Origin: Acidobacteriota bacterium
Lineage (GTDB): Bacteria > Acidobacteriota > UBA6911
Direction: 5' to 3'
NCBI GenBank assembly: GCA_963664705.1
Contig: OY761556.1
Location: 4,352,001 to 4,416,000 of the forward strand
Length of the DNA stretch: 64,000 bases
The stretch's first letter is position 1. Each line of letters begins with the position of its first letter. Shown piece after piece: positions 18,918-29,392 of this stretch. A program made the translations under genes and the position numbers. The notes beneath the pieces are model-generated. The model had not been told where the DNA came from and made no database searches. It saw only the letters and a program-made list of their open reading frames with translations.

Positions 18918-21734
18918 ATGGATAAAATTACCGTCGCGGAACTGGCGACAGAATGTTCAGTAAAAAATCAGGTGGTCCTGGCTGAACTGAAGCGTCTGGG
19001 TCTGTATGTATTTTCGCCGACTGCGACGATCGACGTGAATTTCGCCGAGACAATTCGGAAAAAGATTCTCTCCCAGCGGGAAGCGGACGAAGCGAAAGCC
19101 CAGGAAGCGGAAAAGAAGAAAGAATCGGAAGCGGCAAAAAAAGTAGAGAAAAAGGCCGTCAAGAAAGTTGCTGCGCCTGCTCCTGAAGAACAGGTTGCCC
19201 CAGCGGCAACACCGACTCCGGCCGCCCCTCGGAAGGTCAAGAAGGCCCCCAAGGTAGAGAAGATAATCGAAGCCAAGCCTGAAGAGGTTTCTCCAAAGGC
19301 TTCTCTTGCCCCACGGAAGGGCCGTAAACATTATGACCGCGAGGCTGCGGAACTCGTCGATCAGGCAGCCGCCGTCAAACCTGGCGAAAAGCCGGAGGCA
19401 GCGCCGCTGGTCGAGCCGGTCCCGGAAGAGGCTGCTCCCGCGGTTGCATTAGAACAAGAGATCGCGGCGGCTCCGGTTGAAGTTGCCGAACCTGTCGCGA
19501 CTACGACTGCCGGTCCGGAACCGGTTCAAGCAGAAGCCGCGCCGGAGGAAATCACGCCGTCTCCCGAGGCGGAATCTGCTGTTCCTCCTGTTATCGCAAC
19601 GCCTGAACCTCCGCCAGTTGTTGAGCCTGTTTCTGAAACAGCCGGGCCTATGGAAGCAGCCGTACCCGCTTCTGTCTCGCCACAGGCCGCAAAAGCAGCA
19701 GAACCGCCGGCGCATCCCGGAGTTGTTTCCAAAAAGATTGTTGTACCAAAGGCAAAGACAAAGATATTGATGCGGACAAGCACGGAAAAAGTTGTAACGC
19801 CCGAAGTAACAGATCGAATTCTCAAAGGACTGCGCGTCGCACCGAGGCCCGCTCCGTCGAGAATCCCGACAGCCGCCCCAACCAGGTTTGTCAGGAAGAA
19901 GAGACCGGACAGGCCGGAGGTTCCGGAAAGGGCAGCCAGGGTTATAGAGCTGCCTCGACCACCCGCTTCCCCGGAAGATTTCAGGCCGATCGCAATTACG
20001 GAAGGGGTCACGATCAAAGACCTCGCGGAAAAAATGGACATCAAGTCCAAGTACATCATCCAGAAGCTCATATCCAGAGGGATCCTTGCATCCATCAACC
20101 AGGCTCTCGATGTTGAGGCCGCGAAAGAGGTTTGCGCGGAATTTGGATTCCGGGCCGATGTGATCAGCTTTGAGCAGGAAGCCGAAGCCAAACAGGAAAC
20201 GCCGGATAAGCCCGAGGACCATGTAACCCGACCGCCGGTTGTAACGATCATGGGGCACGTAGATCACGGCAAGACATCTCTTTTGGATGCCATCCGGGAA
20301 ACGAATGTGACCGCCACGGAAGCCGGTGGAATTACGCAACATATCGGTGCGTACCAGGTGGAGATTCGCGGACGCAGCATAACGTTCCTTGACACACCCG
20401 GTCACGAAGCCTTTACCATGATGCGTGCCCGCGGTGCCCAGGCAACAGATATCGTTGTTCTGGTGGTTGCCGCGGATGACGGCGTCATGCCGCAGACAGT
20501 TGAAGCCATTCATCACGCGAAGGCGGCCAACGTTCCAATCATTGTAGCCATTAACAAGATTGATAAGCCCGGGGCTCAACTGGATCGCGTCAAACAGGCT
20601 CTCGCGGATCAGGGATTGCTGGCGGAAGATTGGGGTGGAGACATTGTCACCGTTCCCGTATCGGCCAAGCAGAAGACAAATATCGATCTGCTGCTGGAAA
20701 TGATTCTTCTCGTCGCGGACATGAAGGACCTCAAGGCAAATCCGAAACGCCTCGCATCCGGAGTCGTTCTGGAAGCAAAGGTGGATAAAGGGCGCGGCTG
20801 TGTCGCTACGGTTTTGGTCCAGAACGGCTCGCTTGAAGTGGGCGACTCCCTTGTGGCCGGTTCGGTGCATGGACGCATCAGGGCACTGGTCAACGATCAC
20901 GGCAAGACCATCGACTCCGCCGGGCCGTCTATCCCCGTGGAAATCCAGGGACTCCAGGATCTGCCGATGGCGGGAGACATCTTCCAGGTATTCAAGGATG
21001 CCACCAAAGCACGACAGGTTGCAGAGTACAGGCAGGCAAGGGATCGTGAGCAGTCGCTGAGCAAGAGTTCCCGCCTGTCCCTCCAGGCTTTGTTCGAGCA
21101 AATGCGTGCAGGAACCGTCAAAGAACTCCCGCTCATTTTGAAAGGGGACGTACAGGGTTCGGTGGAAGTCGCCTCGGATATGCTCAATAAACTGGGCACC
21201 GAAAAAGCCAAAGTGCGGATCCTGCATAGTGGCGCCGGCGCAATAACCGAGACGGATGTGCTCCTTGCCTCTGCATCGAATGCAATTATTATCGGATTCA
21301 ATGTAAGGCCTGAACGAAAAGCTCAGGATCTTGCTGATTCCGAAGGCGTCGAGATACGGATGTACACGGTCATTTACAATCTGACCAATGACATCAAAGC
21401 TGCGATGATCGGGATGCTCGAATATACGACTCACGAAAAGTATGTCGGCAGGGCTGAGGTCCGCGACACTTTCCGGGTGCCCAAATTCGGGTTCATCGCC
21501 GGTTCCTATGTACTCGACGGTATCATCAAACGAAATTCCGAAGCGCGCCTCCTCCGGGACAACGCTGTCATTCACGAAGGGAAGATCACTTCCCTGCGCA
21601 GGTTCAAGGATGATGTCTCGGAAGTAAAATCCGGGTTCGAATGCGGCATCGGGTTTGAGCACTTCTCCGACGTAAAAGTGGGCGACATTATCGAAGCGTA
21701 TATCATCGAAAAGGTTCAACCCACCTCTCTCTAA
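18918..21734 (+). CDS. infB: Translation initiation factor IF-2
   Basis: [17 protein letters not shown] and NKID; long Pro/Ala/Glu-rich N-terminus. Confidence 0.98.
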   Translation: MDKITVAELATECSVKNQVVLAELKRLGLYVFSPTATIDVNFAETIRKKILSQREADEAKAQEAEKKKESEAAKKVEKKAVKKVAAPAPEEQVAPAATPTPAAPRKVKKAPKVEKIIEAKPEEVSPKASLAPRKGRKHYDREAAELVDQAAAVKPGEKPEAAPLVEPVPEEAAPAVALEQEIAAAPVEVAEPVATTTAGPEPVQAEAAPEEITPSPEAESAVPPVIATPEPPPVVEPVSETAGPMEAAVPASVSPQAAKAAEPPAHPGVVSKKIVVPKAKTKILMRTSTEKVVTPEVTDRILKGLRVAPRPAPSRIPTAAPTRFVRKKRPDRPEVPERAARVIELPRPPASPEDFRPIAITEGVTIKDLAEKMDIKSKYIIQKLISRGILASINQALDVEAAKEVCAEFGFRADVISFEQEAEAKQETPDKPEDHVTRPPVVTIMGHVDHGKTSLLDAIRETNVTATEAGGITQHIGAYQVEIRGRSITFLDTPGHEAFTMMRARGAQATDIVVLVVAADDGVMPQTVEAIHHAKAANVPIIVAINKIDKPGAQLDRVKQALADQGLLAEDWGGDIVTVPVSAKQKTNIDLLLEMILLVADMKDLKANPKRLASGVVLEAKVDKGRGCVATVLVQNGSLEVGDSLVAGSVHGRIRALVNDHGKTIDSAGPSIPVEIQGLQDLPMAGDIFQVFKDATKARQVAEYRQARDREQSLSKSSRLSLQALFEQMRAGTVKELPLILKGDVQGSVEVASDMLNKLGTEKAKVRILHSGAGAITETDVLLASASNAIIIGFNVRPERKAQDLADSEGVEIRMYTVIYNLTNDIKAAMIGMLEYTTHEKYVGRAEVRDTFRVPKFGFIAGSYVLDGIIKRNSEARLLRDNAVIHEGKITSLRRFKDDVSEVKSGFECGIGFEHFSDVKVGDIIEAYIIEKVQPTSL

Positions 21735-21807
21735 TTACGAATTACGAATTGCGAATGACGAATTGTGAGTTCATTCGTAATTCGTCATTCGTAATTCGTA
21801 ATTCGTC
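21733..21807. repeat. Inverted pair of heptamer tandem arrays (AATTACG x5 / ATTCGTA x5)
   Basis: AATTACG AATTACG AATTGCG AATGACG AATTGTG ... ATTCGTA ATTCGTC ATTCGTA ATTCGTA ATTCGTC. Confidence 0.9.
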
Positions 21808-21809
21808 AA

Positions 21810-22097
21810 ATGCCCATAGCATACTGCACTCTCGAGTTGTTCCTGCCGTATTCCCAATCTCTCAAGGAGAAACGGATGGTATTGCGCAAGGCGCAAGATC
21901 GGTTGCGCGCCAGATCAAACTTTTCCATTGCGGAGGTGGAGTTTCAGGACTTATGGCAGCGGTCAAAGCTCGCCGCAGTTACTGTCGGCGCCGATCATGC
22001 CGTACTGGAACGGGTGACGCAGCAGTTTGTACGGGAAGCGGAAGATACTCTTGCGGAGCTCCTAATCGATTGTCAGGTCACGTTTATTGATCCTTAA
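21810..22097 (+). CDS. DUF503 (YlxP) family protein
   Basis: SLKEKRMV...NFSIAEV..QDLWQR; lies between infB and rbfA. Confidence 0.85.
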   Translation: MPIAYCTLELFLPYSQSLKEKRMVLRKAQDRLRARSNFSIAEVEFQDLWQRSKLAAVTVGADHAVLERVTQQFVREAEDTLAELLIDCQVTFIDP

Positions 22098-22108
22098 GAA
22101 AGCAGACC

Positions 22109-22465
22109 ATGCAACCGTCTCGAAGACCACAAAGACTGGCACTGCAAATCCAGCAGGAAGTCAGCATGATGCTTTTCCGCGACATGAAAGACCGAAGAGT
22201 CGGGTTTGTCACGGTAACAGCCGTCCAGGTAAGTCCCGATCTCAGGCATGCCCGGATTTTCGTATCGCTGATGGGCCCGGAAGAAGAAAAGAATGAAGGT
22301 CTGGCCACACTGAATCACGCGACCGGATGGGTACGTCACGAACTTGGCCAGCGTATTCGCATGAGATTTGTACCCGAAATCGTTTTCCTAATGGATACAT
22401 CGCAGGAATATGGCGAGCACATTGACAGGCTCATCGATGAAATACACGAGCACAAGGACGAGTGA
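22109..22465 (+). CDS. rbfA: Ribosome-binding factor A
   Basis: VTVTAVQVSPDLRHARIFVS and MRFVPEIVF. Confidence 0.95.
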   Translation: MQPSRRPQRLALQIQQEVSMMLFRDMKDRRVGFVTVTAVQVSPDLRHARIFVSLMGPEEEKNEGLATLNHATGWVRHELGQRIRMRFVPEIVFLMDTSQEYGEHIDRLIDEIHEHKDE

Positions 22466-22466
22466 A

Positions 22467-23381
22467 GTGAACGGGGTAGTCATTATAGATAAGCCGGCCG
22501 GATGGACGTCCCACGATGTGGTGGCAAAAATCCGGAATCTTGTCAAGGTGAAGAAGGTCGGGCATACCGGCACGCTGGATCCATTTGCGACCGGCGTTCT
22601 TCCCCTCACTCTGGGGAAAGCCACGCGTCTGACCAACTATTTTCTCTCGTCCGACAAGGTGTACCATGGCGTGATGCATTTCGGATATGCGACGACGACC
22701 TATGACATTGATGGTCAGCCGGTAGGAGAGGAAACCCGGCCGGAGCTGGACCTGGAAAAACTGCAGTCCATTTTTGGGCGATACCAGGGCACCCTGTCCC
22801 AAACCCTTCCCCCCTATTCCGCAAAAAAGGTACAAGGCAAACCCTTGTACGAATATGCGCGGAAGGGGATAGAAATGGCGCCCACCAAAAAAGAGGTCAC
22901 GATCAAAGGACTGCGCTTGATTTCCCTGAACGGCTGCGAGGTGGAGTTTGAACTCGCCTGCACAGCCGGAACCTATGCGCGCAGCCTGGCCCATGACATC
23001 GGTGCCGACTACGGGTGCGGCGCGCATCTGGTCCAATTGCGCCGCGTACGCAGCGGTGAATTCACAATCGACAATGCCGTTCTTCTGAACGAAGGAGAGC
23101 GTTTTCACCCCGGTGAGTTTTTTGTCGAAAAACTGATTCCCATGCGAAATCTACTCCCGGAAATGCCGGCCATTGTGATTTCGGAAGGCGATCGGAAAAA
23201 GCTTCTGCACGGCATGGACCTGAACCTCCTCACGGCAGAATGGAAATCCGACCAATACAGACTGATTGACGAATCCGGCGAACTGATCGCATTGGCAAAT
23301 CGCATCCAAACCTTTGCCTCTCCGGTCGAACAGCCGGCAAATTGGGTTCGCATCCATCCAATCGTCACATTTGGGGAATAA
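22467..23381 (+). CDS. truB: tRNA pseudouridine(55) synthase
   Basis: DKPAGWTSHDVV, GHTGTLDPFATGVL and GTYARSLAHDIG. GTG start directly after the rbfA stop. Confidence 0.96.
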   Translation: MNGVVIIDKPAGWTSHDVVAKIRNLVKVKKVGHTGTLDPFATGVLPLTLGKATRLTNYFLSSDKVYHGVMHFGYATTTYDIDGQPVGEETRPELDLEKLQSIFGRYQGTLSQTLPPYSAKKVQGKPLYEYARKGIEMAPTKKEVTIKGLRLISLNGCEVEFELACTAGTYARSLAHDIGADYGCGAHLVQLRRVRSGEFTIDNAVLLNEGERFHPGEFFVEKLIPMRNLLPEMPAIVISEGDRKKLLHGMDLNLLTAEWKSDQYRLIDESGELIALANRIQTFASPVEQPANWVRIHPIVTFGE

Positions 23382-23384
23382 CCC

Positions 23385-23432
23385 AATCCGTGAGATTCGT
23401 GGCAAACACAGCCGCCACAAATCCCACGGATT
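23385..23432. terminator. Imperfect hairpin between convergent truB and comEA
   Basis: AATCCGTGAGATTCGTGGC...GCCACAAATCCCACGGATT. Confidence 0.55.
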
Positions 23433-23440
23433 CTTCCCTA

Positions 23441-23731
23441 TCAGAGAACCAGTCTGTCTTTGATCCGCTGGAACTTCTTCTCTCCGATTCCCTTTACGTT
23501 AATGATCTCTTCAATCCGGTTGAATTTCCCTGCTTTGGTCCGATATTCCACGATGCTCTTTGCCGTCGCCGGGCCGATTCCGGGAAGGGACTGCAGTTGT
23601 TCCAAGGTTGCCGTGTTCAGGCTGATTTTTTCGGTTGCTGTCGGCGCGCTCTTCTGCGCCATCACTGAAAAAGAACTGAATACCAGACCCAGGCACAGCG
23701 CCAGGACGCAAGCGACTCTTGCTCTCTTCAT
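23441..23731 (-). CDS. comEA: ComEA-like helix-hairpin-helix DNA-binding protein with signal peptide
   Basis: ISLNTATLEQLQSLPGIGPATA and VKGIGEKKF. Confidence 0.85.
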   Translation of the reverse strand: MKRARVACVLALCLGLVFSSFSVMAQKSAPTATEKISLNTATLEQLQSLPGIGPATAKSIVEYRTKAGKFNRIEEIINVKGIGEKKFQRIKDRLVL

Positions 23732-23929
23732 TGTTGCCTCCTTAGTAAGTGGATACCCGGGAGCCACGCATTTTGCTCCCCATATCTAATGGCGGCACAC
23801 CCACTTTGAGCCAAAAAAAGCCGGAAAAATCGATCGGGCTGCTTCGGCAAGTGCTCTGGAATCCGCGAACTGCATATGCCATAATGTTGCACGCAAGTTG
23901 ATTCCTGAAGATAAGGAAACAAACAGCCT

Positions 23930-25975
23930 ATGAAATGCAGTCTCGCACATTCGCTTAGGTGTTCTATTCTGTGCCTGGGTTTGCTGTCCTTATGTATGCC
24001 CATTTTTGCACAAAAAGAGAGGGTGCTAACTCCTCCTGGCCCCCCGGCCGGCAAGCCGATTAATCTCGACAAAGAGATCGAAACGCCGGTAACGGTCGAC
24101 CGCGCCGCCAGTTATTACCATTTCTCACTGGCAAAGTGGTATGAGGACGAGGGAAATATCCCCAAAGCCCTGTCTGAAATGCAAACCTCCCTGAAATACA
24201 ACCCAAACAGCCCTGGGGTGCACCTGGAAATTGCCTCTCTGCTGGAAAAATCCGGCAACGTCCGAGAAGCAATTGAGAACGCTCAGGAAGCGGCGAGACT
24301 GGATCCACAAGATGCCGATCCCCATTGGCTTCTGGCCAATATCTATTTTCACGCGCAAGACCGCGGAAATCCCCAGGAGTCCATCCAGAAGGCTATTCAG
24401 GAACTTGAAAAGCTGGTGGAACTCACGCCGGAAGATGAACGCGCTTACTTTGCCCTTGGTGGCGCCTACTTTGCCCTCAACAAGCCGGAAAAAGGCGTCG
24501 CTGCCTATGAAAAATTCCAAAGCCTTACAAGCATGGGAGATACTGGCTACCGTGAAATAGCCAGATATTACGAGCGGACCGGGAATGATGCAAAAGCCAT
24601 AGAATACCTGGTTAAGGGCTTGAAGATTAACCCGGACTCCACAGAAAGCCTGGCACTGCTGGCGGACTTGTATTCAAAACAGAACAAAAGCAAAGAAGCT
24701 ATTCCCCTGTACAAAAAGCTGATGGAACTGACGGGGAACAACCTGAATGTTGGCAGGAATCTGGCCGTAGCGCTCGTCGATAACGGCGAAAACGCCGATG
24801 CACTCAAGATACTCGATGAAATTGCCAAAAACCCGTCTTTGGCCAATGAAGGCAGTATTCAGATGTTGCGTGGCAAAGCACTATTCGGACTTCGAAAATT
24901 CCCGGAAGCTCTCACTGCTTTGCAATCCGTGGCGGATGCGGATCCCAACTCCATGGAAGCTCGCTTCTATACCGGCCGAATCTATGAGGAGACCGGAAAA
25001 TATACGGAAGCATCCAAAGTTTTTTCTGCGCTGCTGGATAAAACGGCAGGAACAAGCGAGGAGATGAAGAGCAACCGCCTGGTATTTCAGCAGCATCTTG
25101 CCGCCGATTACCTTGAATTGGGCAACCACGATAAAGCGATCGCCATCTATCAGGAAATGGCGCAGGCGGACCCGAAACGAGCGAACCCGCAGTTGTTAAA
25201 CGCCTACCGCACTGGCAAGGACTTTGCCAAAGCGCTTCCTCTAGGCAAGGATTTGTACCAGAAGAATCCCAATGACGTTGAGATCGCGGTCATCTATGCA
25301 CGAACGCTGGCCGATTCCGGCAAACCGAAGGATGGAGCCGAGATTCTATCCAAGCTGCTGCAATCCAATCCGGACAATATCGAGGTCTACGTCAACCTGA
25401 GCCAAATCTACCTGCAGGATAAACGCTATTCTGATGCGGAAAAAATTCTCCGGCGGGCTGAGGATAAAACGACCGACAAACAGAATAATGAACGGCTCAA
25501 AATCCAGTTGGCTGCCGTCTATGAAAGACAAAAGGATTTCGATCGCGCCGAATCCATTTTCAAAGACATCCTGAAGGTCAACCCTCAGAATGCGGTTGCA
25601 TTGAACTACATCGGATATATGCTGGCAGATCGGGGCGTACGCCTCGACGAAGCGGTTCGCTATGTTAAGGAAGCGCTGGCTATCGATCCTCAAAACGGTG
25701 CCTATCTTGACTCGCTTGGCTGGGCTTTCTTCAAACTGAACGATATGAAAAAGGCGGAGGAATATCTCCTGGCCGCGGACGAGTTGGTCAAAGACGATCC
25801 CACCATTGAAGAACATCTCGGTGATTTGTATTTCAAGACCGGGGATTTGGCAAAAGCCGAGGAATTCTGGAAAAAATCGGTAACCATCGGTACCGAACAG
25901 GAAGACGTTCAGAAGGTACGCCGAAAACTGGAATCACTTCAGGAAACCCTTCGCAAACAGAAATCAGGGAAGTGA
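23930..25975 (+). CDS. Exported tetratricopeptide repeat protein
   Basis: Signal peptide, many TPR-like helices, C-terminal ALNYIGYMLA/YLDSLGW motifs; upstream of ispE. Confidence 0.85.
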   Translation: MKCSLAHSLRCSILCLGLLSLCMPIFAQKERVLTPPGPPAGKPINLDKEIETPVTVDRAASYYHFSLAKWYEDEGNIPKALSEMQTSLKYNPNSPGVHLEIASLLEKSGNVREAIENAQEAARLDPQDADPHWLLANIYFHAQDRGNPQESIQKAIQELEKLVELTPEDERAYFALGGAYFALNKPEKGVAAYEKFQSLTSMGDTGYREIARYYERTGNDAKAIEYLVKGLKINPDSTESLALLADLYSKQNKSKEAIPLYKKLMELTGNNLNVGRNLAVALVDNGENADALKILDEIAKNPSLANEGSIQMLRGKALFGLRKFPEALTALQSVADADPNSMEARFYTGRIYEETGKYTEASKVFSALLDKTAGTSEEMKSNRLVFQQHLAADYLELGNHDKAIAIYQEMAQADPKRANPQLLNAYRTGKDFAKALPLGKDLYQKNPNDVEIAVIYARTLADSGKPKDGAEILSKLLQSNPDNIEVYVNLSQIYLQDKRYSDAEKILRRAEDKTTDKQNNERLKIQLAAVYERQKDFDRAESIFKDILKVNPQNAVALNYIGYMLADRGVRLDEAVRYVKEALAIDPQNGAYLDSLGWAFFKLNDMKKAEEYLLAADELVKDDPTIEEHLGDLYFKTGDLAKAEEFWKKSVTIGTEQEDVQKVRRKLESLQETLRKQKSGK

Positions 25976-26859
25976 CAGACACATCGCTGTGCATTCGCTC
26001 TTTTGCCAAAATTAATCTGGTTCTATCCGTCCTTGGAAAGAGGATGGATGGATACCATGATATCCAAACGGTATTTCAGACAACCGACCTGTGCGATGAG
26101 CTGGAATTCCAGCCGTCTCAAAAACTTGAATTAGTTTGCGAAAACCTGCCGGATGTACGGAATGAAGAGAACCTTGTCTGGAAAGCGGCGGCTCTATTCG
26201 CAGCGGCCATCGACAACCCGCCGGGAGCAAAAATAATACTTCGGAAGAGAATTCCGGCTGGAGCGGGCGTTGGCGGCGGCAGCAGCAATGCTGCGGCCAC
26301 GCTCCTGGGACTGAGCCGGTTCTGGAACATCTCCATCCCTGAAGAAAAATTGCACGCCATCGCCGCCAGCCTGGGCTCGGATGTCCCATTTTTTCTGAAA
26401 GGCGGGACAGCGCTGGGATCCGGACGGGGGGAAAAGATTGAGTCTCTGCCAGATTGCCCTTCCCTTCCCCTTGTCATTGTCTTCCCGGGTATTCATGTCT
26501 CGACAGCGGAAGCCTACCGTTCTTTGAATTTGGGATTGACATCCACGACAGTTGACCATAGAATTCAACGTTTTATTGGTCATGTGCGGGCAGGTTTGCC
26601 CTCAATGACCGGGCTCTTTAATGATTTCGAGGCTTCGATCCTGACTGCCTACCCTCCCGTCCGGGAAGCAAAAGAATTCCTGGCGGAATGCGGTGCGACG
26701 GCAACTCTGCTGTCAGGCAGCGGATCCTCTGTCTTCGGATTCTTCTCTGATGAGGAATCAGCGTCCGCTGTCTTACGCAATGTACCGCGAGAGACTTGGC
26801 GGGTGTTTCCGGCGAAGACCCTTTCTCGGGCTGAGTATTTCCCAAAAATGTTCGGGTAG
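25972..26859 (+). CDS. ispE: 4-diphosphocytidyl-2-C-methyl-D-erythritol kinase
   Basis: AKINL, IPAGAGVGGGSSNAA, LGSDVPFF and LSGSGSSVF. Confidence 0.96.
   Translation: MTDTSLCIRSFAKINLVLSVLGKRMDGYHDIQTVFQTTDLCDELEFQPSQKLELVCENLPDVRNEENLVWKAAALFAAAIDNPPGAKIILRKRIPAGAGVGGGSSNAAATLLGLSRFWNISIPEEKLHAIAASLGSDVPFFLKGGTALGSGRGEKIESLPDCPSLPLVIVFPGIHVSTAEAYRSLNLGLTSTTVDHRIQRFIGHVRAGLPSMTGLFNDFEASILTAYPPVREAKEFLAECGATATLLSGSGSSVFGFFSDEESASAVLRNVPRETWRVFPAKTLSRAEYFPKMFG
26536..26564 (+). promoter_or_regulatory. Near-consensus sigma70 promoter inside ispE
   Basis: TTGACA-N17-TAGAAT. Confidence 0.65.
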
Positions 26860-26944
26860 ACGCCGGCGCTGAAATTGCGGATGCGGAGTGTGGCTGCGGA
26901 TCAATCCGTAACCGCTTATCCGAAATTCGCAATCGATATATTGC

Positions 26945-27019
26945 TGGGGCGTCGTCAAGCGGTAAGACACAGGTCTTTGGAACCTGCATTCGAAGGTTCG
27001 AATCCTTCCGCCCCAGCCA
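26945..27019 (+). tRNA. tRNA-Gln (TTG)
   Basis: Acceptor stem TGGGGCG/CGCCCCA, anticodon arm CAGGT-CTTTGGA-ACCTG, GGTTCGAATCC T-loop and encoded CCA. Confidence 0.97.
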
Positions 27020-27046
27020 TTTCGCGCCACCTCCAGGAGTAAATTG

Positions 27047-28009
27047 ATGCAGAACAGCGGATACAAGGTTGTGAATCGGGAATTGAAGGTATTCTCAGGG
27101 AATGCCAATCATGCGCTGGCAAAGGAGATTTGCGATTACCTCCATCTCCCGCTTGGGGAAATTCATCTCGCCAAATTCAGCGATGGGGAGCTCTATACCC
27201 AGATTCTGGAAAATGTCCGAGGCAAGGACGTATTTCTTATTCAGCCCACCTGCTGCCCGGTCAACAACAACCTGATGGAGCTGCTTATCATGATCGATGC
27301 CTTCAAGCGCTCCTCTGCGACAAGGATTACATCGGTTCTTCCCTATTACGGCTATGGACGGCAGGATCGGAAGGATAAGCCCAGAGTACCCATTTCATCC
27401 AAGCTGGTTGCGGATCTGCTTACGGCAGCCGGAACCGACCGTATCCTGGCCATGGATCTGCATGTGGGACAGATCCAAGGATTTTTCGATATCCCGGTAG
27501 ATCATCTGTATGCAGCCCCGGTATTGGTCGAGTATCTGAAAAAATTGCAGATTCCGAACCTGACAGTAGTCTCTCCCGATGCGGGGGGCGTGGAACGCGC
27601 CAGGGCATTTGCAAAGCGACTTGACGGTGATCTTGCGGTCATTGACAAGCGCCGGACGGGACCCAATGAAGCAGAGGTCCTTCACATTGTCGGACATGTC
27701 AGCGGAAGAAACATTCTTATCTGCGACGACATGATTGATACAGCCGGCACCTTGGTCAAAACGGTCGAGGCGCTCCGGAAGAAAAAGGCAGAAAAGGTTT
27801 TTGCCTGTGCAACACACGGAATCCTGAGCGGACCTGCGATCGAAAGGCTGCGGTCAGCCCAGATTGACGAGATCATTCTAACCAACACTGTTCCGATTGA
27901 TCCGTCCAAGGTGCTGCCGAATATGAGGATTTTGAGCGTCGGGGCGTTGTTGGGCGCCGCGATACAAAGCATTCACGAAGAAACGAGTGTCAGTAATCTT
28001 TTTGTTTAG
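27047..28009 (+). CDS. prs: Ribose-phosphate pyrophosphokinase
   Basis: FSDGE, YGYGRQDRK, VSPDAGGVERA and DDMIDTAGT. Confidence 0.97.
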   Translation: MQNSGYKVVNRELKVFSGNANHALAKEICDYLHLPLGEIHLAKFSDGELYTQILENVRGKDVFLIQPTCCPVNNNLMELLIMIDAFKRSSATRITSVLPYYGYGRQDRKDKPRVPISSKLVADLLTAAGTDRILAMDLHVGQIQGFFDIPVDHLYAAPVLVEYLKKLQIPNLTVVSPDAGGVERARAFAKRLDGDLAVIDKRRTGPNEAEVLHIVGHVSGRNILICDDMIDTAGTLVKTVEALRKKKAEKVFACATHGILSGPAIERLRSAQIDEIILTNTVPIDPSKVLPNMRILSVGALLGAAIQSIHEETSVSNLFV

Positions 28010-28013
28010 ATAG

Positions 28014-28057
28014 GTCTTCGAACTCCGGATCGTGGATACGCCGGTAGTTCCGAAGAC
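28014..28057 (+). promoter_or_regulatory. Structured leader upstream of rplY
   Basis: Nested pairings GTCTTCG/CGAAGAC, AACT/AGTT, CCGG/CCGG and CGT/ACG immediately before the RBS. Confidence 0.5.
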
Positions 28058-28080
28058 TCCGAGGAAGGAGTTGGATTTTC

Positions 28081-28749
28081 ATGCCAACAGTTATTGAGGC
28101 TCAATTGCGGATCCCGGGCGGCAAAAACGTCAATAAACGCATCCGGAAGTCGGGACAGATCCCGGCTGTCATTTATGGTCCCGGAAAGCAGCCCGTAGTG
28201 ATTTCCGTGGACCCGGCTACGATAAAAACGATTCTCCATTCGGAAACCGGAAAAAACACGATTTTCTCTGTCAGCGTAGACGGCGCAGAGCAAGGCAACG
28301 CCATGGTCAAGGATTATCAGCTTGATCCGGTCCACGGCGATCTGATTCATGCCGACCTCCTTGAGATCGCGATGGACCGTCTGCTTGTCGTAACCGTCAA
28401 CGTGGAAGTCGTCGGAGAAGCAGCAGGTGTCAAGCTGGACGGCGGCATTATGGATCTTGTCACCCGCTCGATCGAAGTCGAATGCTACCCGGCCGATATT
28501 CCGGAATCGATCAAGGTCGACGTCTCATCGTTGAAAATAAATGACTACATCCGCGTGAAGAATATTCAAACGGATGCGAAGGTCAAGATTCTTACGGAAC
28601 CCGAGGTCGTCCTCGTTACCATCGTTCCTCCGCAGAAGGAAGAGGTCCCGGCTGAAGGCACGGCGGCTACGACAGCCGAACCCGAAGTTATCAAGAAGGG
28701 TAAGCCGGCCGAAGAGGGCGCTGAAGAATCCAAGGGTAAAGAGAAGTAG
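28081..28749 (+). CDS. rplY: 50S ribosomal protein L25 / Ctc
   Basis: IPAVIYG, YQLDPV...HADL, IPESIKVDVSSL; between prs and pth. Confidence 0.95.
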   Translation: MPTVIEAQLRIPGGKNVNKRIRKSGQIPAVIYGPGKQPVVISVDPATIKTILHSETGKNTIFSVSVDGAEQGNAMVKDYQLDPVHGDLIHADLLEIAMDRLLVVTVNVEVVGEAAGVKLDGGIMDLVTRSIEVECYPADIPESIKVDVSSLKINDYIRVKNIQTDAKVKILTEPEVVLVTIVPPQKEEVPAEGTAATTAEPEVIKKGKPAEEGAEESKGKEK

Positions 28750-28812
28750 CCTGGTCCGCCCAACGCTGTGCTTTGGTATCGGAGATGCAAAACGGAAACT
28801 GAAGCGGCAGAC

Positions 28813-29367
28813 ATGGTTATTGTGGGCCTGGGCAACCCGGGCCAGCAATACGAGCGGACGCGACACAATGTTGGATTCATGGTAGTGGAAGCTCTCGCCC
28901 GGGAAGGATCCGGCACCTGGTCGACGGAAAAGCTTTCTCGAACCTGCCGGATCAGAATCGGCGATACTCCGGTCCTGCTGGTTGAGCCGCTGACATTTAT
29001 GAACAGCAGCGGCAAAGCCGTTCAAAGCATGCTGACGGCACACCAGCTGAGTCCGCAGGATCTCCTGATCGTTTTTGATGATTTGAATCTGCCCTTCGGG
29101 CGGATTCGGATACGGGAACGGGGATCAGCGGGTGGACATCACGGGCTCGAGTCGATCATAGATCTGTTGCAGACCGACGAGATTGTACGTATGCGAATGG
29201 GAATTGGAGAAGACCAGATGCCCGCCGAAAGATCGGGTTTCGTCCTTTCCGATTTTCCGACGGAAAAGCAGACGGACTTGAATGAGATGATTACTAAAGC
29301 CGGAAACGCAGTGAGATCCATTCTCGATAATGGCGTTTCCAAAACAATGGCGATTTTTAACGCTTGA
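28813..29367 (+). CDS. pth: Peptidyl-tRNA hydrolase (start uncertain)
   Basis: VGLGNPG..Y..TRHNVGF, PLTFMNSSG and GSAGGHHGL. Confidence 0.95.
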   Translation: MVIVGLGNPGQQYERTRHNVGFMVVEALAREGSGTWSTEKLSRTCRIRIGDTPVLLVEPLTFMNSSGKAVQSMLTAHQLSPQDLLIVFDDLNLPFGRIRIRERGSAGGHHGLESIIDLLQTDEIVRMRMGIGEDQMPAERSGFVLSDFPTEKQTDLNEMITKAGNAVRSILDNGVSKTMAIFNA

Positions 29368-29392
29368 AAGCAAAAGCTGTAAGGAGAAGACC

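Noticed and set aside
19449-21719. 756-aa minus-strand ORF
   Set aside because: Antisense shadow of infB; no recognisable motifs, explained by codon bias.
21733-21807. Possible CRISPR array
   Set aside because: Units are 7 nt with no unique spacers, and there are no cas genes in the window.
27019-27046. Integrative element at tRNA-Gln
   Set aside because: prs follows immediately; I saw no integrase or duplicated tRNA 3' end.
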